From Nitrososphaeraceae archaeon (GTDB lineage: Archaea; Thermoproteota; Nitrososphaeria; Nitrososphaerales; Nitrososphaeraceae): a stretch of 24,000 nt of DNA. Of this stretch, positions 17,193 through 24,000 are shown one piece after another. The translations under genes and the position numbers were made by a program. How positions within the stretch are numbered: the stretch's first letter is position 1; each line of letters opens with the position of its first letter. The stretch spans positions 1 to 24,000 of the forward strand of contig JAFAQB010000428.1 of the NCBI GenBank assembly GCA_019246625.1, read 5' to 3'. The notes under the pieces are model-generated. The model made no database searches and was not told the origin of the DNA. It saw only the letters and a program-made list of their open reading frames with translations.

Positions 17193-17510
17193 TCACTCCA
17201 TTAAGATATAAACCCAATTATCTTGTATCTTTACCCTGTAAGTTTTCAGAGGCTCTTCTGCAGGGAGATTTTGGGGAGTACCATCTTCTAATTTGAAGAT
17301 GGACATGTGCAGTGGACATGTAATAGTTTTTTCATTCTCGTTCATAAATCCTGTGGATAAGTCAGCGTAAGCATGAGTACAAATTCTATCTGTTGCGTAC
17401 ACCTTGTTGCCTGCTTTGGATATTAGAATATTCTTATCGCCATAATCAAATTCCAAAAGATCGCCATTTTTCAATGGCTTTGTTTCACAGACCTTTATCC
17501 ATTCTGTCAT
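17193..17510 (-). CDS. Rieske [2Fe-2S] ferredoxin-like protein
   Basis: 105 aa with Rieske ligand boxes CTH (ICTHAYADL) and CPLH (ITCPLHMSIF). It sits 18 nt after sufD and 12 nt before sufS. Confidence 0.85.
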   Translation of the reverse strand: MTEWIKVCETKPLKNGDLLEFDYGDKNILISKAGNKVYATDRICTHAYADLSTGFMNENEKTITCPLHMSIFKLEDGTPQNLPAEEPLKTYRVKIQDNWVYILME

Positions 17511-17528
17511 ATTAGATCACAGTGATTA

Positions 17529-18947
17529 TTACCTGTATTTGTAGTGTTTTTCGAAAATGTCTTGAGCCTCTCTGTATCTAGACTTTTCTACTTCCAAAAT
17601 TTGGTTCATTGCCTCATCGGCCTTGAGCATAAGAGGTTTACCTGACCATTTATTTTCAATTAAATAATTAACCCATGCCCTGATAGTAGGACCCATTTTC
17701 CTCGATAATGGTTCTAAGAATCCATTTACAATCTCTCGTTTAGCTCCTTCTCTACTTAATGCTCTGCACATTAGATAGAAGATCTGTGCCTCGTCCAACT
17801 GTGCCACAGAGGCAGAATGCGTTGCCTTTACCTCATTAGTTTCAATTTCAAGTCCAGGGATTGCGTCTGATTTAGCACCTTTATCTAATAGAATTGCATG
17901 ACCTGCAAGGAATGACTCTGCTGCTTTGGCTTCCTTACCGATTTTAATCATACCTTTAAACAACGATTTGGAGGTATCTTTCATTACAGATTTAACCAAG
18001 ACCCTGCCCCTTGAATTCCGACCATGATGAATTAGGTTTGATGTAACATCAAACGACTGGTTCTCTATCCCAAATATAATTTCGACATCCTCTGCAGAAG
18101 ACCCAGCGCCTTTCATTATGCTGTCAGTCTTGTATCTTGACAATTGTGTACCAAACATTCCGAGATACCATGACATTTTTCCGTCTCTTTCAATGAATGC
18201 CTTTTTGTTAGAGAAATTCAAAGTATTTCCACTCATTGCCTGCAATGTCACCATTTCAAGGTGTGCAATTGGATTAACATGACATTCAAAAAGCTCAAAA
18301 TAGGCCTGTTGGACATTGTTCTTTTTTGCCTTTGATGGAGAATATATTTCTTGGACTACGGTTGCCTTTGAGCCTACGTCGCTGATAATAATATTTCGTG
18401 TTATAGAAGAAGTTCCATCATCTGCTAAAGAGTTCACGATTCTAATTGGATCTTCAATTATGATGTTTTTTGGAATATATATAAAAAGACCTGAGTGAAA
18501 GGCAGCTGCCTCCAATGCAAGGAATCTGTCTTCCTCGTAGTTAATTTGATTTATAGTTAATTGTTTCTTAATAAGATCCTCATATTTTGTTACTGCTTCT
18601 CTGAGGTCTAAAATAACAACTCCTTGCTTCGAAATCTTCTCAGGGATGAATATTCGATTTATTGAGGAGCCAATTCTCAAGATGCTAGTTCCCTCTTCTA
18701 ACTCATCAAGTCTGTCCTTCAGAGATTCATGTGGCTCATATTTAACAATCCGGTCCGGAATGTAGACGTGTTCTGGTCTTAAAAGATTGATATCTGAATA
18801 TTTTTTATAAAGTGGAGAAACCTCTGGAGGAAGATTAGTATACTTTGAGAAAGCGTTTTCTCTTATTTCGCTGAACCAGCTCGGTTCCTTGTTTCGATCT
18901 ATTAATGATTTAATATCGTCATTACTAACGGAAGATAGAACTACCAA
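17529..18947 (-). CDS. sufD: Fe-S cluster assembly protein SufD
   Basis: 472 aa from the SufB/SufD family. It follows sufB, and its C-terminal region (EIETNEVKATHSASVAQLDEAQIFYLMCRALSREGAKREIVNGF) parallels the SufB C-terminus. The start is TTG as the longest ORF, so the exact start is uncertain. Confidence 0.85.
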   Translation of the reverse strand: MVVLSSVSNDDIKSLIDRNKEPSWFSEIRENAFSKYTNLPPEVSPLYKKYSDINLLRPEHVYIPDRIVKYEPHESLKDRLDELEEGTSILRIGSSINRIFIPEKISKQGVVILDLREAVTKYEDLIKKQLTINQINYEEDRFLALEAAAFHSGLFIYIPKNIIIEDPIRIVNSLADDGTSSITRNIIISDVGSKATVVQEIYSPSKAKKNNVQQAYFELFECHVNPIAHLEMVTLQAMSGNTLNFSNKKAFIERDGKMSWYLGMFGTQLSRYKTDSIMKGAGSSAEDVEIIFGIENQSFDVTSNLIHHGRNSRGRVLVKSVMKDTSKSLFKGMIKIGKEAKAAESFLAGHAILLDKGAKSDAIPGLEIETNEVKATHSASVAQLDEAQIFYLMCRALSREGAKREIVNGFLEPLSRKMGPTIRAWVNYLIENKWSGKPLMLKADEAMNQILEVEKSRYREAQDIFEKHYKYR

Positions 18948-18997
18948 CTAACAAGCACCTTTTGTCTAATAAAGTAAAAAGGGAGTTTCTTTAATAT

Positions 18998-20398
18998 TTA
19001 TCCAACTGAGCCTTCCATTTCAAGCTTTACAAGCCTATTCAGCTCGACAGCATATTCCATTGGTAACTCCTTTGTAAAAGGCTCCATGAATCCGCCGACT
19101 ATTAAAGATAGAGCATCAGATTCTGAGAATCCTCTACTCATTAGATAAAAGATTTGCTCCTCGCCTATCTTTCCTACGGTGGCCTCATGCGAGATTGTTG
19201 CATCTTCTTCATTTACCTCAACATATGGATATGTGTCTGTCCTTGAATTTTCATCTAACAACAGTGCATCACATCTGACATTTGACTTTACACCTGTAGC
19301 TCCCTTTGCAACATGTAATAAACCTCTGTATGTTGTTCTACCCGCATCCTTGCTTACTGATTTACTCGTAATTCTAGATGTTGTATTCGTCGCTAGATGC
19401 ACCGCCTTTGCTCCTGCATCTTGGTGCTGGCCAGCACCAGCAAAAGCAACTGACACAACTTCAGCATGAGCACCTCTACCAAGCATATAAACACCAGGAT
19501 ACTTCATAGTCAACTTGCTACCTAGGTTTCCATCGATCCACTCAACAGTAGCATTTTCATACGCATATGCTCTTTTTGTTACCAGATTATATACATCCTT
19601 ACTCCAGTTCTGTATTGTGGTATATCTAATTTTAGCACCCTTCTTAGCAATCAATTCTACAACTGCAGAGTGCAAAGATTCAGTAGTATAAATCGGTGCA
19701 GTACAGCCTTCAATATAATGAACTTCGGCACCTTCATCTGCAATAATCAGAGTTCTTTCAAACTGACCTATGTTTTCAGCATTAATTCGAAAATACGCCT
19801 GGAGTGGAAGTTCTACTTTCACATTTGGTGGAACATAAATAAAGGAGCCACCTGACCAAACAGCACTATTCAACGCCGCAAATTTATTATCTTCTGGTGG
19901 AATGACCTTTCCAAAATGCTTCCTCATAATTTCCGGCTGCTCTTTGACTGCAGTATCCGTATCAATAAATATCACACCCTGTTTTTGCAGGTCTTCTCTT
20001 AGGTTGTGATAGACTACTTCAGACTCATACTGAGCGCCAACGCCTGCAAGGAATTTTTTTTCTGCTTCTGGAATTCCGAGTTTATCAAACGTGTTTCTTA
20101 CGGACTCTGGAACGTCATCCCAATTCTTGCTTTGCTTCTCAGAGGCCTTTGCATAGTAATAAATATTCTGAAAATCGATCTTTGACATATCACCACCCCA
20201 ATTAGGCATTGGTTTGCTCATGAAAACATCATACGACCTCAATCTAAAGTTCCTCATCCAGTCTGGCTCACCTTTCATTTTGCTAATTTCTTCAACAGTC
20301 CCCCTGGATAGTCCCTTCTTGCTCAAGTAAACATAAAGCTCAGTAGAATCCTTAAAGTCATATTTACTATAATCCATATTCAATTCTTCAGCGGTCAT
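18998..20398 (-). CDS. sufB: Fe-S cluster assembly scaffold protein SufB
   Basis: 466 aa with conserved SufB blocks ([66 protein letters not shown]). ATG start. Confidence 0.93.
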   Translation of the reverse strand: MTAEELNMDYSKYDFKDSTELYVYLSKKGLSRGTVEEISKMKGEPDWMRNFRLRSYDVFMSKPMPNWGGDMSKIDFQNIYYYAKASEKQSKNWDDVPESVRNTFDKLGIPEAEKKFLAGVGAQYESEVVYHNLREDLQKQGVIFIDTDTAVKEQPEIMRKHFGKVIPPEDNKFAALNSAVWSGGSFIYVPPNVKVELPLQAYFRINAENIGQFERTLIIADEGAEVHYIEGCTAPIYTTESLHSAVVELIAKKGAKIRYTTIQNWSKDVYNLVTKRAYAYENATVEWIDGNLGSKLTMKYPGVYMLGRGAHAEVVSVAFAGAGQHQDAGAKAVHLATNTTSRITSKSVSKDAGRTTYRGLLHVAKGATGVKSNVRCDALLLDENSRTDTYPYVEVNEEDATISHEATVGKIGEEQIFYLMSRGFSESDALSLIVGGFMEPFTKELPMEYAVELNRLVKLEMEGSVG

Positions 20399-20418
20399 AC
20401 ACAGTATAACGGCGTTAT

Positions 20419-20431
20419 GTTTTATATATAC
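20419..20431 (-). promoter_or_regulatory. Candidate TATA box for sufB (near-leaderless transcript)
   Basis: On the minus strand the sequence reads gtatatataaaaca, centred about 27 nt upstream of the sufB ATG (20398). This is the typical archaeal TATA-to-TSS distance, implying a leaderless or very short leader mRNA. Confidence 0.45.
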
Positions 20432-20768
20432 TTACGGGTATAATAGCTGTAACTTTAACTAATCGAACTATTCTATAAATACCTTCTGCTAACACAAAAC
20501 GGCTCTTGAGTTGAGATTTAGCACTCCGAGTCATTATAGTGTACCAAGAAGGGTATTTGGAATGTCAAGAATAATCGCCAATGGAATCTATTCTGCCAAC
20601 AGGATCTATGAAAAGACCGCAAACAAGTGAGATTCATGCAGTAGCATCAGTTAAAATGGGTATAAATAATTAAGTTTAATGCAAAAGATACAATAGTAGA
20701 CCTATTGCGTAATTGAAAGCTTAATTCTATATTCTCCATCGGATCTGGACATATTCGATACTGTATTG

Positions 20769-20924
20769 ATGTCTTCTTACACTCGACTTTCTAGAAAACC
20801 ATTATTATTCAAATCGTTTACTGGATTAGAGATAACAGAATTCGATATCATTTCCAAACAAATAGAATCAATATATTATGAATATGAAAGCGTCTTTCAA
20901 ATAGGGAGAGACAAAGAGCCCTAA
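20769..20924 (+). pseudogene. Truncated transposase N-terminus (IS5-like/Harbinger-type DDE_Tnp_4 family HTH region), 51 codons
   Basis: MSSYTRLSRKPLLFKSFTGLEITEFDIISKQIESIYYEYE... matches the characteristic N-terminal pattern of this family (LSxKPxLFKSFTGLxxxEFD). It stops after 51 aa, and no DDE domain follows in any frame. Confidence 0.55.
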
Positions 20925-21337
20925 AACTGATCCTGTTATGGACCGTTAGCAAACAGTATTGACTAACCATTGTGCACAAACACAAAAAGAATTAGTCCTT
21001 GTAGGAATGGAGATTTCAGTCCCTTGTTATACATAGAAAAAATATAGGAAAATACCTTCCTCCCTCTCACGAATGGATTACTTTTGATCAAGCCCTGTTC
21101 CCGCATTCAATATGCTCTATGATATGGGAATGTTTGCAGCTAAAGCTTTGTTCTTAAATTAACGCGACCACACAAAAGATCCTCCTTTTATTAAACGCAG
21201 GTTCAGCATTGACGTTTGCCTGCATTCTTTACTTCATACCGTGTTTCTATTAGGATAGAAACGTTAAAGGCATTTAAAGTGTTAATGACTAGTTAAGTAG
21301 AGCCCAGAGCTTCAAAGATCATCAATATATGATCACC

Positions 21338-22156
21338 CTATATTTCACGCAGTACGAGTTTTGCCAATTCAAATGTCCCTCTTATGGTGTGTTCTTTTGC
21401 TTCTAATGATTGAATACTTCTTCTTCTCAACTCTCTATTAGTAGAAGGACCAATAGCTATTATAGCTTTAACGTTGTTCAGTGATGAGGTCGCATTAAGC
21501 GACAGTGTTTGCATGATTTCAAAAAAAGACCTAACCGTAGATGTGCTAGTGAAAATAATAGCATCCACCTTTTTCTGCTTCAACAACAAACTAAAGTTGT
21601 TCCAACTACTATCAATTTTAGAAGTAAATATATTATACAGAAATAATTCATCTACAGTCATACCCAGATCACACAAAGCCTTTAGAACAAATTCTTTAGC
21701 AGCCTCACTTCTAGGGATGATGATCTTTTTTCCATTTACAGAATCCATCTTTGAGAAAAGGTCTATCAATCCTTCAGATGAGTAGTTTTCAGGTACGATT
21801 CTGACTGCTACACCATGATTTATCAGGCTCTGTCTGGTCTTGGGTCCAATCGCTACAATAGTTCGTGAGTTTAGTGTAGAAATAGTCTCTCTCGTTCTGT
21901 CTATCTTTCTCGCAAGATCAAATAATACCTCAACTGCCTGAGAACTCATGAATAGACAATAGTCATGTTTTTTTTCATTTACATTACAGATAAATTCCTC
22001 AACAACTGTTGGATTCTTTGGTTTGATATCAATTACAGGTAACGAAATAGTTCTGCCACCCTCTGAACTTACGAGTTGTGCAAACTCTTGAGCATCAGAG
22101 TCTTTTCTTGTTATTGCTAATATCTTATCGTCCAGACTTGCAGTCAGAAAATTCAC
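21338..22156 (-). CDS. hemD: Uroporphyrinogen-III synthase
   Basis: A 272-aa two-lobed HemD-like protein (AIGPKTRQSLINHG, IIFTSTSTVRSF, AIGPSTNREL). It is last in the heme operon. Its GTG start overlaps the cobA stop as GTGA (22153-22156). Confidence 0.8.
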   Translation of the reverse strand: MNFLTASLDDKILAITRKDSDAQEFAQLVSSEGGRTISLPVIDIKPKNPTVVEEFICNVNEKKHDYCLFMSSQAVEVLFDLARKIDRTRETISTLNSRTIVAIGPKTRQSLINHGVAVRIVPENYSSEGLIDLFSKMDSVNGKKIIIPRSEAAKEFVLKALCDLGMTVDELFLYNIFTSKIDSSWNNFSLLLKQKKVDAIIFTSTSTVRSFFEIMQTLSLNATSSLNNVKAIIAIGPSTNRELRRRSIQSLEAKEHTIRGTFELAKLVLREI

Positions 22157-22905
22157 TTATTAAACCAATTAAGCTTTTCCTGTAAAGAAACAACCTTCCC
22201 AATTATTATGATTGCAGGTGGTTTTATTTTTGCACTCTTGACTATTTCTACAATATTGTATAAGGTACCCTTAATTACCCGTTGCTCCACGGTAGTTCCA
22301 TTTTCAATAATAGCTATCTCAGTATCATTGCTCAAACCAGCTTTTATCAAATTATGTACAATCGAGTCTAATCTCTCTATCCCCATCAAAACAACTATTG
22401 TATTGACTGCTTGAGCCAATTTGTCCCATTGTATAGATGTTTCTTTTTTTTCAGGATCTTCATGACCTGTAACAATAGCTATGGAAGATGCGAATTTTCT
22501 ATGCGTTAAAGGAATTCCAGCATAAGCAGCTGAACCTGTTGCGGATGTGATACCGGGAATTATTTCAAATTCAATATTGTGTTCAAATAAATATTCAGCT
22601 TCTTCTCCGCCCCTTCCGAATATAAAAGGATCGCCTCCTTTCAGTCGCAAAACTATCTTACCCTTTTTAGCTTGCTCAACCATAAGATCATTAGTATTAT
22701 CCTGATGAGTTATCGCATCTCCTATAGATCTACCGACATAAATTTTTTCGGCTGTTTCAGGTATCTGATCGATGAGTTCCTTACAAACGAGTCTGTCGTA
22801 AAGTACGACGTCACAATTATTCAATGTTTCCATGGCTTTGATACTGACTAATTTCGGATCACCTGGTCCTGCACCACAGATGAAAACTTTGCCACTTTTT
22901 GTCAT
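22153..22905 (-). CDS. cobA: Uroporphyrinogen-III C-methyltransferase (SUMT)
   Basis: Motifs are VFICGAGPGDPKLVSIKA, LKGGDPFIFGRGGEE and IPGITSA. I prefer the ATG at 22905 because it forms an ATGA overlap with the hemC stop; the longest ORF extends to 22941. Confidence 0.9.
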   Translation of the reverse strand: MTKSGKVFICGAGPGDPKLVSIKAMETLNNCDVVLYDRLVCKELIDQIPETAEKIYVGRSIGDAITHQDNTNDLMVEQAKKGKIVLRLKGGDPFIFGRGGEEAEYLFEHNIEFEIIPGITSATGSAAYAGIPLTHRKFASSIAIVTGHEDPEKKETSIQWDKLAQAVNTIVVLMGIERLDSIVHNLIKAGLSNDTEIAIIENGTTVEQRVIKGTLYNIVEIVKSAKIKPPAIIIIGKVVSLQEKLNWFNK

Positions 22906-23852
22906 AATCCATTGTTCCACTTTTGTACTGCCTCGTGCCATCCATCGACTAATTTCATAGTACCGCTCTTAATAAGCAAGTTGGCCACCGCTATCCCGAG
23001 TCTTTTTGGTTCTCTACTACTACCTGTTTCTTTTACCTTAATTGATTTTGTACCATCTGCTGAAAATACATTAGCATAAAGAGTAATTTTCGATTCATCA
23101 CTACTACTGACAGCACAGGTGCCCACAGGAAATCTACATCCCCCTTCTATTTCTTGCAGCATTGAGCGTTCTGCATTGATTTCAGCCCTTGTTCTTGCAT
23201 CTTCAATTCCCTTTAAAATCTTTATTAGCCCTCGGTCATCCTTTCTGCATACTATTGCAATTGCACCTTGTCCTGGAGACGGCAGGAAATCTTTGATACT
23301 AAACCTTTCGACGATGACTTCTCGCATATTGAGTCTGGTCAGGCCAGCTTCAGCAAGGATCAAGGAGTCATATTCTCCTGTAATTGATTTTTTTACTCTT
23401 GTTTCCACGTTTCCTCGAATAGGTTTAATACATAGGTCAGGACGTTTACGCATTACTTGAATAGCGCGTCTTAAGCTGCAAGTTCCTATTACAGAAGAAG
23501 AAGGAAGGTCTACGAATTTAACTTTCTTCCCATTTACTAGCACATCATTTGGTGTAGCCCTTTTTGGAATAGATGCAATAGTTAGCTTATCGGAAAGTTC
23601 CGAAGGAATATCCTTCAAACTATGAACAGCAAAATCAACCTCCCGTGTAATAACAGCTTCATTTACATCTTTTTCAAAAATTCCTTTTTCATCTATTGTG
23701 AATAGTGGTCTTCTGTCAACATCGCCTTTGGTCCTAATTGTAACAGCTTCAAAATCAATAGAAGGATTTCTTTTTCTTAATTTATCTAAAACAATTTGTG
23801 TCTGAGCAACGGCTAGTCTACTACCTCTAGTCCCGACCTTCAACTTGATCAT
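22902..23852 (-). CDS. hemC: Hydroxymethylbilane synthase (porphobilinogen deaminase)
   Basis: Motifs are [34 protein letters not shown] and the cofactor Cys region EGGCRFPVG. The ATG overlaps the hemL stop as ATGA. Confidence 0.93.
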   Translation of the reverse strand: MIKLKVGTRGSRLAVAQTQIVLDKLRKRNPSIDFEAVTIRTKGDVDRRPLFTIDEKGIFEKDVNEAVITREVDFAVHSLKDIPSELSDKLTIASIPKRATPNDVLVNGKKVKFVDLPSSSVIGTCSLRRAIQVMRKRPDLCIKPIRGNVETRVKKSITGEYDSLILAEAGLTRLNMREVIVERFSIKDFLPSPGQGAIAIVCRKDDRGLIKILKGIEDARTRAEINAERSMLQEIEGGCRFPVGTCAVSSSDESKITLYANVFSADGTKSIKVKETGSSREPKRLGIAVANLLIKSGTMKLVDGWHEAVQKWNNGL

Positions 23853-24000
23853 AACACTTCTTTCACCTTGTGTAGTGCATCGGTATAGGATTCGACAGTT
23901 TTGTCAACATCGTCCTCACTATGAGCATTAGAAACGAAGCAAGTTTCAAACTGTGATGGAGGTATAAAGATTCCATTTTGTAACAATTCATCATAGAATC
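23849..24000 (-). CDS. hemL: Glutamate-1-semialdehyde 2,1-aminomutase, C-terminal 49 codons (gene continues beyond window)
   Basis: This is not in the ORF track. Minus-strand translation gives [49 protein letters not shown]. This matches the HemL C-terminus pattern (G[VI]y[LI]xPSqFEaxFxSxAHsxeDi). The frame is open to the window edge. Confidence 0.75.
   Translation of the reverse strand, partial: FYDELLQNGIFIPPSQFETCFVSNAHSEDDVDKTVESYTDALHKVKEVL

Noticed and set aside
20399-20768. Search for a decayed sufC on the minus strand upstream of sufB.
   Set aside because: Manual three-frame translation of the minus strand shows only short ORFs. There is no Walker A, signature or SufC C-terminal pattern, so no remnant is detectable by eye.
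1-24000. CRISPR arrays, tRNA/rRNA genes, and defence or toxin-antitoxin modules.
   Set aside because: I saw no spaced direct repeats. There are no GC-rich cloverleaf-like segments or T-loop GGTTCGAAT-type motifs in the intergenic regions. There are no recognisable nuclease/ATPase defence gene pairs.

Overview
This is a visibly AT-rich archaeal chromosome segment. It best fits an ammonia-oxidising thaumarchaeon (Nitrososphaeria), because a eukaryote-type DNA topoisomerase IB sits alongside aIF5A, ribosomal protein L40e and archaeal-style heme and Fe-S genes; this lineage call is inference. The content is mostly housekeeping. In order: a partial IS630-family insertion sequence (transposase in two frames), pgk, a membrane-anchored seven-blade Vgb-like beta-propeller protein, a small basic zinc-ribbon protein, a 576-aa radical SAM enzyme of unknown role, rpl40e, an orphan Dpp/Opp-type ABC ATPase, aIF5A and topoisomerase IB. 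Then come an isolated 4-TM membrane protein flanked by two ~700-bp gene-free stretches, a NUDIX hydrolase, a 127-aa hypothetical protein and a PAP2 phosphatase. The right side holds a suf cluster (sufB-sufD-Rieske-sufS-sufU, minus strand), a 939-bp gene-free scar with a truncated transposase N-terminus, and a translationally coupled heme operon (hemL partial, hemC, cobA, hemD). I found no CRISPR array, tRNA, rRNA or recognisable defence system, and I cannot demonstrate an entirely new multi-gene system from sequence alone. The best leads are: (1) the suf cluster lacks sufC, with an IS scar exactly where sufC would be expected; (2) a Rieske ferredoxin is embedded in that cluster; (3) the uncharacterised radical SAM protein has only one possible Fe-S site; (4) the orphan Cys-rich ABC ATPase; (5) the IS630 transposase frames are joined at an A6G run; (6) several unusually long non-coding gaps hold candidate micro-ORFs. 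All functional calls rest on motif recognition by eye, with no database search.
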